Below, piece after piece: positions 51,177 to 64,000 of a stretch of DNA of 64,000 nucleotides; within the stretch, counting starts at the first letter, position 1, and every line of letters begins with the position of its first letter. The stretch covers positions 16,988,001 to 17,052,000 of the forward strand of contig NC_043024.1 of NCBI RefSeq assembly GCF_006345805.1, in the 5' to 3' direction. The position numbers were made by a program, and so were the translations under genes. The notes beneath the pieces were generated by a model, which saw only the letters and a program-made list of their open reading frames with translations, did no database searches and had not been told where the DNA came from. Source of the DNA: Octopus sinensis. Its lineage: Eukaryota.

Positions 51177-51747
51177 ATATACATATGTGCGTGGGTGTGT
51201 ATCTGTGTATATGCATGCGCAAATACAACACACACACGCATACACAGACACATGCTCAAATATATGTATGTGTCTATATACGTATTCTTTTATTGTTTTC
51301 AACCCTAAGCTGTAGCCATGCTGGAGCACTGCTGCTCCAACTTGAAGTATGAGTTTTAAATCCTTGGCCGGCAGGATGCTGGCTGCCTGGCTGGCTGGTT
51401 GGTTGGCTGAACTAAAATGTCATCTTAGAAGTCACCAAGGACCATAAATATATGCTAAGAGATAATGTCAATGTGCCAAAGGTGGCTTTACTTGGACACA
51501 TGTTCACTTACACCATACATGTGTATATATGTACATATATGTGTATGTAGGTATGTATGTATAAATATGTGTGTGTGTGTGTGTGTGCATTTCATACATT
51601 ATAAGGAACAACCTAAGTACCGATGATGGAACTTGAACCACAAATATATCCACATACCAAAAAAGTTTCTAGTCTCCCCTCTTGGGCCAAGGCTGAATAA
51701 GCCATCAGGGTTAAATTTAAAGCCTCACTTAGTATAAATTTCGTATT

Positions 51748-51995
51748 GCATCATCATCATCATTATCATCATCATAATTACTATGACCACCACCACCACC
51801 ATCACCACCATCACCACCATCATCACCATCACCAACACCACCAGCACCATCACCACCACCTTTTTCTTCTTCTTCTTCTTCTTCTTCTTCTTTGTCTTCT
51901 TCTTTTCCTCCTCCTCCATTGTCATCATCATAACCACCAACACAACCACCACATTATTCTCCTCTTCCTCCTCCTTTTCTTTCTCCTTCTCCATT
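51748..51995. repeat. Trinucleotide mosaic (CAT/CAC/TTC/CCT)
   Basis: Directly visible. Confidence 0.9.
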
Positions 51996-52194
51996 ATGAA
52001 TTCGTGTGCAATTTTTATCAGTATTTTGTATTTAAATCTGTAAACAAAAAAGTTATTTATTCCAGAAAAATGAAAACTGATCAATTAGTTTGCTTGTGTG
52101 TGAAGGTGTGTGGATCTGGAGGGAGTTAGGATGGGGTAGAAATGTCTAACAACTTCTTGGAATTTTACTTAATAATTTTATTATTCATCATTTT

Positions 52195-52860
52195 TCCTTC
52201 ATTTAACATCTGCTTTCCATGCTGGCATGGGTTGGACGGTTTGACAGAAGCTGGTTAGGCAAGAAGACTGTGCCAGGCTCCAGTGTCTGTTTTGGTGTGG
52301 TTTTTATAACTGGATGCCATTCCTAACACCAACCACCCTGTAGAGTGGACTGAGTGCTTTTTACATGGCACCAGTACAGAAGATGTCGGTTTTGGCATGG
52401 TTTTTACTACTGGGTCCCTTCCTAACACAAACCACCTTACAGAGAGGACTGGGTTCTTTTTACATAGTACCAGCACAGGCAAGGTCAGTCTCAGCATGGG
52501 TTTTACAGCTGGATGCCCTTCCAAATGCCAACCACTTCACAGTGTGGACTGGATTTTTTGTGGCACCAGCACTGGCAGGGTCACTAAGTAACTTGCAATA
52601 CAAAACTCCTTTGAGAGGGGAGGAGGACACTGGAGGAGGTGATCTTGTGCCAGATGATGAAAGGTTAAAGTGTGACAGAGGGACAGAAACAGGTGTCTTG
52701 CTGGGAGGTATATTGTTACCTGGTCAGAGAGAGGGAGAGTGATGAAGAATGAAGACAGAAACAGGTATGTTGCTGTAGAGAGGTTCTTGTTAGGAATTAC
52801 GGAGCCAGAGGTTGCTGATCTGAGGTCAAACAATAACAACAATACTAAAAGCATACAAAG
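52195..52860 (-). mobile_element. RTE LINE 3' UTR fragments
   Basis: ttaacatctgctttccatgctggcatgggttggacgg; two ctggatgcc.ttcc.aa..ccaacc modules. Confidence 0.7.
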
Positions 52861-53060
52861 TTCCTTTGTGGGTTTGTATTGTCTCAGGTTTGAATGAATG
52901 AAGAAATAGGCCCTTGCTCAGAGCAGTGGGTTAATGGGAGGCACAGGCACGTCCACCATTTCTCGATGTGTGTGTGTGTGTGTGCATGTCACCCTGTCTT
53001 GACATCATGCAACAGTCGTGAGTAGCATAATAAAGTGGTGTCTTTTCCTTTCCAGCTATT

Positions 53061-54733
53061 CATGTAGACCTGTCCAGCTCTACACCATGTACAACCTTTG
53101 GCCATGTACAAGCTCTAACCATGACCAAGCTCTGGACCATGTACAAGCTCTGGTTATGTACAAGCTCTGGTTGTGTACAAGCTCTGGCCACATGCAAGCT
53201 CTGGCCGTATGCAAGCTTTGGCCATGTACAAGCTCTAACCATGACCAAGCTCTGGACCATGTACAAGCTCTGGTTATGTACAAGCTCTGGCCACATGCAA
53301 GCTCTGGCCGTATGCAAGCTTTGGCCATGTACAAGCTCTAACCATGACCAAGCTCTGGACCATGACCAAGCTCTGGACCATGTACAAGCTCTGGTTGTGT
53401 ACAAGCTCTGGCCACATGCAAGCTCTGGCCGTATGCAAGCTTTGGCCATGTACAAGCTCTAACCATGACCAAGCTCTGGACCATGACCAAGCTCTGGACC
53501 ATGTACAAGCTCTGGTTGTGTACAAGCTCTGGCCGTATGCAAGCTTTGGCCATGTACAAGCTCTAACCATGACCAAGCTCTGGACCATGTACAAGCTCTG
53601 GTTGTGTACAAGCTCTGGCCACATGCAAGCTCTGGCCATGTACAAGCTCTAACCATGACCAAGCTCTGGACCATGTACAAGCTCTGGCTATGTACAAGCT
53701 CTGGCCACATGCAAGCTCTGGCCGTATGCAAGCTTTGGCCATGTACAAGCTCTAACCGTGACCAAGCTCTGGACCATGTACAAGCTCTGGTTATGTACAA
53801 GCTCTGGCCACATGCAAGCTCTGGCCATGTACAAGCTCTAACCATGACCAAGCTCTGGACCATGTACAAGCTCTGGCTATGTACAAGCTCTGGCCACATG
53901 CAAGCTCTGGCCGTATGCAAGCTTTGGCCATGTACAAGCTCTAACCATGACCAAGCTCTGGACCATGTACAAGCTCTGGCTATGTACAAGCTCTGGCCAC
54001 ATGCAAGCTCTGGCCGTATGCAAGCTTTGGCCATGTACAAGCTCTAACCATGACCAAGCTCTGGACCATGTACAAGCTCTGGCCACATGTAAGCTCTGGC
54101 CGTATGCAAGCTTTGGCCATGTACAAGCTCTAACCATGACCAAGCTCTGGACCATGTACAAGCTCTGGTTATGTACAAGCTCTGGCCACATGCAAGCTCT
54201 GGCCGTATGCAAGCTTTGGCCATGTACAAGCTCTAACCATGACCAAGCTCTGGACCATGTACAAGCTCTGGTTATGTACAAGCTCTGGCCACATGCAAGT
54301 CCTGGCCATGTACAAGCTCTAACCATGACCAAGCTCTGGACCATGTACAAGCTCTGGCTATGTACAAGCTCTGGCCACATGCAAGCTCTGGCCGTATGCA
54401 AGCTTTGGCCACGTACAAGCTCTAACCATGACCAAGCTCTGGACCATGTACAAGCTCTGGTTATGTACAAGCTCTGGCCACATGCAAGCTCTGGCCATGT
54501 ACAAGCTCTAACCATGACCAAGCTCTGGACCATGTACAAGCTCTGGTTATGTACAAGCTCTGGCCACATGCAAGTTCTGGCCATGTACAAGCTCTAACCA
54601 TGACCAAGCTCTGGACCATGTACAAGCTCTGGTTATGTACAAGCTCTGGCCACATGCAAGTTCTGGCCATGTACAAGCTCTAACCATGACCAAGCTCTGG
54701 ACCATGTACAAGCTCTGGTTATGTACAAGCTCT
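53061..54733. repeat. Higher-order minisatellite (17-bp monomers in 86/103-bp units)
   Basis: Monomers A ggccatgtacaagctct, B aaccatgaccaagctct, C ggaccatgtacaagctct, D ggttatgtacaagctct, E ggccacatgcaagctct, F ggccgtatgcaagcttt; about 17 B copies. Confidence 0.95.
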
Positions 54734-54769
54734 TTTATTTTATCTCTTGACATTTGTGGTGGTGTTGGT

Positions 54770-55230
54770 GGAGATAAGGGTTATGGGTGATGGTGATTGT
54801 AGCAGTAGTGCAAATAGTGCTAATGATCAAAGAAGTAACAGAGATAACAGTGGTGATGACGATGATGGCGATGACAATGATGATGATGATGATTGATGTA
54901 GGTGGTGATGGTGGTGGTAATAATAGCTGCAGTGATGCTGCTGCTGATGTTTGTGATACTGGCAGTGAAGGTTATAATTGTGATGGTGTTGGGAGTAGCA
55001 TTGTTGTTATTAGATATTTCAATTGTTGTTGTGATGGTGGTGCAGGCTTTGGGGGTGGTTGTTGAGGATTATAATTATGGTAGTAATTATTGTAGTAGTA
55101 GTAGTGGTGATGGTGGTGGTGAAATCAGTGTTAATTTTAGTAGAAATAGTTATTGTGGTAGTTGTGTGAAGATGGCGGCAGTATTGGAAGTAGTTCTAAT
55201 AATTATAGTGGTGATGGTGGTAGTGAGATG
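54770..55230. repeat. Degenerate (GGT/GAT/AGT)n low-complexity tract
   Basis: Directly visible. Confidence 0.8.
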
Positions 55231-55358
55231 TGGTGGGAGAGATTATGTGTCACTGAGTGCATTTCAGGAGAGGTTCAACAGATCAATATGAGACTTGCTT
55301 TAACAATCAGTTTTCTTTACATTGTTGACTTCATAAGGAAAAATAAAATTGATTTCTC

Positions 55359-55393
<35 letters not shown>

Positions 55394-55549
55394 AAGAAGA
55401 AGAAGAATCATATTACACAATAAGAAGAATGCAATGTAATAACTACAGATTGATTCTTTTTATTGAATAAAAAGCTATAATATCTTGTATTCATTGTATA
55501 TTATATAATGTAATAATATATCATTTTGTGCAATATAATGGCTCCCATA

Positions 55550-55770
55550 AGGCAGGGAGCTGGCAGAATAGTTAGCACCCCAGGTAAAATAGTTAATGGC
55601 ATTTTGCCTGTCACTATGTTTTGAGTTCAAATTATGCTGAGGTTGATTTTGCCTTTCATCTTTTCAGGGTCGATGTAATAGAATACCAGTCAAGCACTGT
55701 GGTTGATATAATTGACTTTCACCCTCCCCCAACCTTGCTGGCCTTGTGCTAACATTTGAAATCAATATAA
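55550..55770 (+). mobile_element. SINE family B
   Basis: Head and core match. Confidence 0.75.
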
Positions 55771-56229
55771 TGGTTCTCGTAGAACAGGAATCAATTGATC
55801 CTCCTTGCAAATATAATGGGATTTTAATGGATTAAATAAAGGGCTGGGTGCAGAAAAATACCCATGTTTAATAAATTTTAGGTGTTTCCCAACTTTTTTC
55901 AACTTGTCCTTCCCCATGGTGAATCATGAAGAATTATGTAGAGGTAGACTCTGTATTCCATCTTCCCATTAATCCAAAGCGGGGTGGGATGAGGGTGAAA
56001 ATTCCATAATGTTATGGTGGAAGGGGAGGTAGTGGTGGTGGTGGCGTTTGGTGGTTTGGTTTGAGGAAATATAACATCATACCATATCATATTGTATACC
56101 TTACATTATGTCATGTACATTAATACATAACCATGTATTATATGATATCATCCATCCGTATCATATTACAGATATATCATATTACATCATAACATTTAAA
56201 TATAGTTCATGTATGATATCATGTAATAT

Positions 56230-56645
56230 ATTTATTTCTTTATTGCCCACAGGGGGCTAAACATAGAAGGGACAAACAAGGATAGACAAAGGGACTGAGT
56301 CGATTTCATTGACCCAGTGTGTAACTGGTACTTATTTAATCAACCCTGAAAGGATGAAAGACAAAGTCGACCTTGGCGGAATTTGAACTCAGAATGTAAT
56401 GGCAGACAAAATACCTATTTCTTTACTACCCACAAGGGGCTAAACACAGAGAGGACAAACAAGGACAGACAAACGGATTAAGTCGATTATATCAACACCA
56501 GTGCATAACTGGTACTTACTTAATCGACCCCGAAAGGATGAAAAGCAAAGTCAACCTTGATGGAATTTGAACTCAGAATGTTGCGGCAGATGAAATATTG
56601 TTTAGCATTTCACCAGGCGTGCTAACGATTCTGCCAGCTCACTTC
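56230..56645 (-). mobile_element. Tandem pair of SINE family B with extended tails
   Basis: Two atttcttta.t.cccaca.ggggctaaaca tails, at about 56232 and 56416. Confidence 0.85.
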
Positions 56646-57679
56646 CCTATCATGTAATATATTGTATCATATATATCATATAACATATCTATCATATATT
56701 ATGTGTGTGTGTGTTTATATTTCTATTTATTAAATGTCGCATGCATGAGAAATTTACATCGAGGGTTCTGAGTTTCTGTGCAACATGTTGGCAACGAAAC
56801 TCAGAATATCACAAGTGATTGTATCCAATGCTCGGCTGATTTTGTTAGACCGCTGACCTTATTCATTATGACAACGTTAATTATTACTATAAGCATTGAG
56901 TTCAAAGTCACAAATTTTAGGACAGAAATCAATTAATTATTTAAACAACCTCTAATACTTGCCTAATAATTATTTCAATATTGAGGGATTTGAGAAATAC
57001 CACAAGGCCTTTGGTCTGATGCTTTAACGATTCTACCAAACTCATACAACTTTTAATAACTATTTCTAATTTAGGTACAAGGTGAACAATTTTGAGGGGA
57101 GGGCTTAGTCAATACTATTGATTACAGTACTTGATTTGTACTTTAATTTTATTAACTCCAGAGAAAGATGAAAGACAATTTTGTCATTGGTGGAATTTCA
57201 ACTTGAGTTCAAACAGATACCACATTCTTCCCAATAATTTGAGAATTCTGCTTATCCCATTGCCCTTAATTCTGTCCGGATTAGGCACCATGACAGCAAT
57301 TTGGAGAATGGCCTTAAGTACTTCACTGGTACTTTATTTTATTGACCCAGTGGGGGATGAAAGCAAAGTTGACCGTGGCAAGATTTGAACTCAACATACA
57401 AAGGACTGTGAATAAATACAGGAAGGCTTTAGTGGTCTTGCCAATCCACTACTTGTGGTGGTGATGATGTTGCTGCTGCTGCTGCTGATGATGATGATGA
57501 AGAGGAGGAGGAGGAGGAGTGATAGTTTTGAATTTGGTGATGGTGTTGGTGCTATTTAGCCCAAGGTCATTTCTGGTCTTGTAGATTACTTCTTGTCAAA
57601 GACATTCCGAACCATGACCCTCCCCTCTTTATAGCCAGTTATATTGCAGGCTGTATTATTGCAGACGCAAAACAACCAC

Positions 57680-57990
57680 AATAGCAAAGACAACACAACC
57701 AACAACAGAGATATCAACAACGACAACAACATGAACAATATCGATGACATCGTAAATAACAACATAAAACAATAACGAGAACATAAATACTCATAAAACC
57801 AACAACAACAACGAAAACAACCCAGAAAAACAATTAGAAAAATTACAATAATACAAAATATATAAACAACACAAATTGAGATAAAATCCACAACTAACAT
57901 CAGTATCAATAACATTAACGACAACAACAACCACATGAATATAAATATACTCAACAACAACAACAACAATAACGGTAACTATAATAACAG
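57680..57990. repeat. Degenerate (AAC/AAT)n tract
   Basis: Directly visible. Confidence 0.75.
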
Positions 57991-58437
57991 CATAATCAAC
58001 ATGAAACAATAAATTTCTCCACAATTTTAATGTTTATTGAGAGCTGGTGACTTTAAGATCTATTGATGTAGTGATGATGGTGGTGGTGGTGGTGGTGGTG
58101 GCAGCAGCTATTGTTGTTGTTGTTGTTGAAGATAGTATCAGGATGTCTAGTAAAAGAAGTGACTGGTTATTTGAAGAGTGTTAAATTCATCTATTTTTAA
58201 TGATGGAAAGGTTGACAGTGACTTTGAAGTCTCAGCTTTCTTGCCATCATCTGATCGTTTTATAATGGTAAAATGAAACTTCAAAGTTACTATCAACCAT
58301 TTCCTTGCAAAAATACTTGAGAGTATTGAGTGGTTCTTCAATTTAATTATTGACTATTTTTATATATCTAACTTTATATGAAAAAAAAAAATTTATATAT
58401 ATATATGTGTGTGTGTGTCTATATATATATTTATATA

Positions 58438-58768
58438 TAGGTGCAGGCATGGTTGTGTGGTAAGAAGCTTACTTCCTAACAACATGGTTCCTGGTTCAGT
58501 CCCATTGCGTGGCACCTTGGGCAAGTGTCTTCTACTATCGCCTCAGTCTGACGAAAGCTTTGTGAAGGGATTTGATAGATGGAAACAAAAAGAAGCCCAT
58601 CGTATACGTGTGTGTGCTGTACTCTTTTGCCACAACTTTCTCTCACTCTTTCTTCTGTTGGCCTGCTTGCTTAGCCAGCGGGGTGGCGTCATTTGGGGGC
58701 TAAAACAATACGAAGCGCATTGTGACCAGCGATGTGTAGCAACATCTGATAGCCTGGTACAGTACACT
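58438..58768 (+). mobile_element. SINE family A head followed by family D type-3 tail fragment
   Basis: A head at 58438-58605; D body and tail at 58612-58768. Confidence 0.75.
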
Positions 58769-58863
58769 GCTATTTCTACTTCGTGGATTTTCTCCTATCA
58801 CATGTGGTTTTGAAATGCAACGCCTGCGATAGTCAGGGGATTACTGTAATATGCTTTCATTAA

Positions 58864-59099
58864 CCCTTTAGTGTTTAAACCGGCCATATCCGGCCTAAAT
58901 ATTCTACATGTTTTATATTCAAACTGGCCATATCTAGCCTCTCGCACTTAACTTACATTGACACTTCAAAAATAAACAATAACATCGTTGAAACCTCAAA
59001 ACTGTAAGATAATACATGATTAATTAAAACAATTTGAGTGAAAAATTATTACATTTAAATGTAATACTCTGTTAACAGAGTAATCTGAACACTAAAGGG
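58864..59099. mobile_element. piggyBac-type MITE
   Basis: TTAA|ccctttagtgtt...aacactaaaggg|TTAA; perfect 12-bp TIRs. Confidence 0.88.
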
Positions 59100-59223
59100 T
59101 TAAAGGTGCAAAATTTCTACAAAACTGTTATCAATTGTTATATTCAACACTTTTTAAATAGGTAATTAACCAGTATTTACATTGGATTTTATTATCCCTT
59201 ATCCATTATTGAGGTTTGTAACC

Positions 59224-59590
59224 TTTAGTTTGCTTACCAACCACATGATTCCGGGTTCAGTCCCACTGCATGGCAGCTTGGGCAAATGTCTTCTACTATA
59301 GCCTCGGGCTGACTGAAGCCTTGTGAGTTGATTTGGTAGACAGAAATTGAAAAGAAGCCCGTCATATATATATATATATATACATATATGTATATATATG
59401 TGTGTGTGTTTGTGTGTCTGTGTTTGTCCCCCAACATCACTTGACAACTGATGCTGGTGTGTTTACGTTCCCCGTAACTTAGCGGTTCGGCAAAAGAGAT
59501 CGATAGAATAAGTACTAGGCTAACAAAGTATAAGTCCTGGGGACTATTTGCTCGACTAAAGGCGGTGCTCCAAAAGAGAGTAAAAGAGAT
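59224..59590 (+). mobile_element. SINE family A
   Basis: Head (5'-clipped) and tail match. Confidence 0.85.
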
Positions 59591-60104
59591 ATGCACACAT
59601 ATATATACATGCGTGTGTGCACACACTCGCACACCTGCATACATACATATATACATACATACACAGACATACATCATTTTTGTTTGTCTGCTGGAACAAC
59701 AAGGACCATCTAATCATCCGAGGATAACCAAGATGTCCTGCTTGCCTCATCTTGCTCTCTGCACACCACAAAATGTTACCGTAATGGCCTTCCCCTCTGT
59801 GGAGCCATGGAGATTTCTTCTACAGAGTTCACTGAATTGAGTCTTCTCATGCACAGGTACGCAAGCCTTAATATATTAATTAAACCATAACTGGGACCTT
59901 GATAAGGGTTACTTCTCTGGGTTAGAGTAGCAGACATGAGAACAATATTGGCAACTTGGGAATGTACCTTCTACTGCCTTAGCTGATGCATTGGTTGTGA
60001 GTGACTTCGGTAGACAGAAGCTGGAAGAACCTGTTTTGTGTGTGTGTGTGTGGTTTGGCAAAAGGGTGCGATAGAATAAGCTCCAGACTTTAAAAAAAAC
60101 CTAG

Positions 60105-60255
60105 TGGCTGTGTGGTAAGAAGCTTGCTTTACAACCGCATGTGTCCGAGTATAGTCCCACTGTGTGGCACCTTGGGCATGTATCTTCTACTATAGCCTCG
60201 GGCCAACCAAAGCCTTGTGAGTGGATTTGGTAGGCGGAAACTGAAAGAAGCCTGT

Positions 60256-60286
<31 letters not shown>

Positions 60287-60307
60287 GTGCATGTGTGTGC
60301 ATGTGTG

Positions 60308-60341
<34 letters not shown>

Positions 60342-60545
60342 TGTATTGTGTGTCTGTATTTGTCCTCCTACCATCACTTGACAACCGTTGTTGGTGTGTT
60401 TATACCCCTGTAACTAAGCTGTTCAGCAAAAGAGACCAATAGAATAAGTACTAGACTTACAAAGAGCAAGTCCTGGAGTCGATCTGTTCAACTAAAGGCA
60501 GTACTCCAGCATGACCACAGTCAAATGACTGAAACAATTACAAGA
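60105..60545 (+). mobile_element. SINE family A, full length
   Basis: Head and tail match. Confidence 0.85.
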
Positions 60546-60676
60546 ATAAAACAATATATACTGGAATTGATTCGTTTGGCTAAAGTTCTTCTAGGCAGTG
60601 CCCCAGCATGGCCACAGTCTAATAACTGAAACCAGTCATTAGAAATAAATGCTAAAAATAGATATAAACCCTAGAC

Positions 60677-60952
60677 CAGGGGTTTCCAACCACGAGTAAA
60701 TAATTATAATTTGTGGGTCCATATATAAATTTTGTTTGCTGGGAGGGGTAACTGTATTCATTGAAAGCTTCAAGATTTGTATTTGGAATTTATGTTATGA
60801 ATATAACGAAATTGTTTCATTGTTAGTTTTTACTAACCTACAAGCAAATATTTTATTTCAAAATCTTATATGTGCATCTATGGGGGTCACATATAAGATA
60901 GCTCTCAGGGAATAAGATAGCTCTACAAGTAAAATAAGGTTGGGAACCCTTG
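60677..60952. mobile_element. hAT (Charlie-type) MITE
   Basis: TIRs caggggtttccaacc / ggttgggaacccttg; 8-bp TSD ccctagac / ctctagac fitting the NTCTAGAN preference. Confidence 0.85.
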
Positions 60953-61339
60953 CTCTAGACATATAACATTATTATCAGTCATTATATTGTGGAACAGCTG
61001 TGTTAACCAAGTAAACCACTCCAAAATGTGAAATTCATTTTTCCATTTTCTGCCAGACAGGCACATCTCTAAAATTCATATCAAGTCTAAGAAATATGGT
61101 AAATTTCCTACTACAATCTGTTATACATTAACATTTAGTAATTAATCGCTAATATTATTTGTAATTAGTAATTCACTCAAGCAATTACTAATTAAAAGTC
61201 AATTTATATCATGTCTACTAGCATTCTGTATCTTGATCAAGCATTGCATTATCAGGATGTTGCCTGTTGCTCCAGCATACATTAAACTCACCTACACACG
61301 TTAGTATGTGTGTATGGGTGTGTGTGTGGCGGGGTGTAT

Positions 61340-61461
61340 AGATATAGATAGATATATACATACATACATACATATATATATATTTATACACATGTACAGA
61401 TATACACATGTATATACTTGTATATATATATGTATATATATTTATATATATATATATACAT

Positions 61462-61498
<37 letters not shown>

Positions 61499-61649
61499 CA
61501 CATACAGATATACACATGTATATACTTGTATATATATATGTATATATATACATACACACACACACATATATATATATATACACACATACAGATATATACA
61601 TGTATATACTTGTATATATATATATATATACATACACACACACACACAT

Positions 61650-61687
<38 letters not shown>

Positions 61688-61740
61688 GTACAGATATACA
61701 TATGTATATACTTGTATATATATGTGTGTATGTATGTATA

Positions 61741-61771
<31 letters not shown>

Positions 61772-61807
61772 CGTACAGATATACATATGTATATACTTGT
61801 ATATATA

Positions 61808-61871
<64 letters not shown>

Positions 61872-61900
61872 CTACACATACACATATATGTTCATGTGTA
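61340..61900. repeat. Microsatellite block with a recurring ~30-bp core
   Basis: tacagatataca.atgtatatacttgtata five times, with variable (TA)/(CA) spacers. Confidence 0.85.
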
Positions 61901-62084
61901 CATGTGTGTGTGGATATACATGTAAACTTATATATATCCAAAGAGATGGAAAAGGAGGGAGAGAAATAAAACAGTGTAAATGAGCAACATAACCACCACT
62001 GGCACCACAACATACTATCAACTTGCCTTACAATACTCCACCCACCAAATTAACAACACACAATCCACCAACCTCATAACACAC

Positions 62085-62410
62085 CACCTATCAGCCTCAC
62101 AACACATCACCTGTGAACCTCACAATATACCATCTATGAACTTCACAACACATCATCTATGAACCTCACAACATACCATCTAACAGCCTCACAACACATC
62201 ACCTAGGAACCTCACAATATACCATTTATGAACTTCACAACACATCATCTATGAATGTCACAACACACCATCTATGAACCTCACAACATACCGTCTAACA
62301 GCCTCACAACACACACATCAACCTCACAATGCATCATTTATTCATTTATCAGCCTCGTAACACATCATCTATGAACTTCACAACACATCATCTACCAGCC
62401 TCACAACACC
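62085..62410. repeat. ~23-bp minisatellite
   Basis: cctcacaacacatcatctatgaa-like units, about 13 copies, running into an RTE tail at 62410-62470. Confidence 0.85.
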
Positions 62411-63269
62411 CATGACCAACCCCTGTCAGCATGGAAAACGGACGTTAAATGATGATAGTGATGATAAGGATGTTCTGCAAAACTAGTGGCAGGAAGGTCG
62501 GGGTGTTACCTTCAATATTTACCCCAGGGTGGATTCTGTTAAAGATCCACCCTTATGAAAAAAGACCAGCAGAGGTTGTTAATCTGGGTGACTGAACACG
62601 ATGGGGGAGGGGGACAAAAACCACAAGGCATGTTGTGTTATATGGCGGTGAGTGGGAGGGGGGGGAAGCAGGTTTTAGCAGAAGTAGATGCAATGATGGT
62701 AGGGATTATAGCAACACTGGCCTTCCTAGCTGTAATGGTTTTGGTGGTGGTGGTGGTGGTGATGGTTGTTTTGGGGTGGCAACAGTTGTAGTAGAAGTGA
62801 AAAGAAGAAGAGGAGCACTGATTGTAGTATAGATGCAAGAACCAGTGGTGATGGTGGTTGTGGTTGTAGTGGTTTTAAGTCAGATGCTGCAGTGTTGTTA
62901 ATTGTGTTGGATTGTTGGGATGCCATGTTTTGACAGACACACAGACATTTGAGCTGAGACGTGCCATTTTGTAATTAAAAGGAGAAGCAATTGCCCAGGT
63001 GGGGGGGATGGCAGAAAGGGGGAAGAAGTTGGTCATAAAATTAATATTATCATCATTATTATTATTTTCATCATCATTATTATTATCATTATCATCATTA
63101 TTATTATCATTTTTATTATACATTCTTAAACAATGCGATGGTAAGGATGATGGTGGAAGTAGTGGTGTTAATGGTTCCGAAGGAGAAGAAGAATACAATG
63201 GCTGAGTGAAGAATGACGAATTTTCTGTCAGTCTTGGCCACGAGTATTCCTGCTGTTTGATCAACTAAA

Positions 63270-63560
63270 TTACCAACATGTTAAATTAACATGTAAGTGG
63301 CTGAATATTCCACAGCCACATGTATCTTTAACATAATTCGTCAGCAGCCAAATCGGTTTGACACAGGTGTATGACAATGCTGGTCTTTAGAATTCCAGTT
63401 ACAATCCATTCAACAGGCTTCCACACAGTTTCCACCTGCCCAATTTCAGTCACAGATCTTTGGTCAATCCAAGACTATGGCAAATAACAGCAACCAATAG
63501 GATTGAGCACAGGATTTTGGGATTATGAAAGAACTTCTGACCATGTGACCATGACCACAT
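63270..63560 (-). mobile_element. Degraded SINE related to the family D type-2 tail
   Basis: acatgtaagtggctgaatattccacag...tgacacaggtgtatgacaatgctgg. Confidence 0.5.
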
Positions 63561-63668
63561 TTACACCACATTTACAGTGCAAAGAATAATATATGATGTG
63601 TGTGTGAGGGGTTTATGTACATATATACATATGTATGTGTGTACATACTTATATACATTCATGTATAT

Positions 63669-63700
<32 letters not shown>

Positions 63701-63904
63701 GGCAAAAGAGACCAATAGAATAAGTGCTGGGTTCAATTTGTTTGACTAAATGTACGTGGTGCTCCAGCATGGCTGCAATCAAACGACTGAAACAAGTAAA
63801 AGAATAAAAGTATATATATATATAAATACACTTTTATATATATAAATATATATACATATAGAAATACATAAATATATATATATGTAAATATATACTAAAT
63901 CCAA

Positions 63905-64000
63905 AAAAGAAAAAAAACAAGAACAAAATGACAATGCAAGGATGTGGTACGTGTATTAGCAGATGCTCAGGGAAGGAAAAAAAGATGGTTTAATGTTTTG
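63905..64000 (-). mobile_element. Family E element cut by the window edge
   Basis: gatgctcagggaaggaaa...gatggtttaatgttttg matches the 17690-17740 context. Confidence 0.55.

Noticed and set aside
53061-54733. CRISPR-like look (constant core with variable parts) and repetitive ORFs
   Set aside because: The variable parts recur in fixed order rather than being unique spacers. There are no cas genes, the context is eukaryotic, and the ORFs follow from the repeat.
58545-58560. ctgacgaaagc as an HHR core
   Set aside because: It is a mutated ccgaccaaagc segment of SINE family A.

Overview
Eukaryotic, AT-rich, repeat-dominated window. The SINE/LINE/microsatellite repertoire looks like an octopus (cephalopod) genome; this is inferred from repeat content alone. 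No complete gene is present. One convincing 121-nt plus-strand coding exon (49227-49347) suggests much of the window is intron. The rest is microsatellites, three recurring tRNA-derived SINE families, LINE remnants (a near-full-length RTE with a PHD finger inside its RT, and several R4/Dong-like RLE LINEs), and DNA transposon fossils (Helitron, Tc1, maT DD37D, mariner, Tigger, piggyBac-type and hAT MITEs). There is also a 1.7-kb higher-order 17-bp satellite. The main hidden signal is at least five unrelated families of minimal type I hammerhead ribozyme (HHR) motifs of the kind carried by Penelope-like elements. Three sit in head-to-head fold-back elements (19.4-20.0, 37.6-38.1 and 47.8-48.7 kb). 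Together they show three versions of the core 3-8 pair (C-G, U-A, A-U). All folds were derived by hand; none was computed or tested. Almost all long ORFs in the supplied track are microsatellite artefacts.
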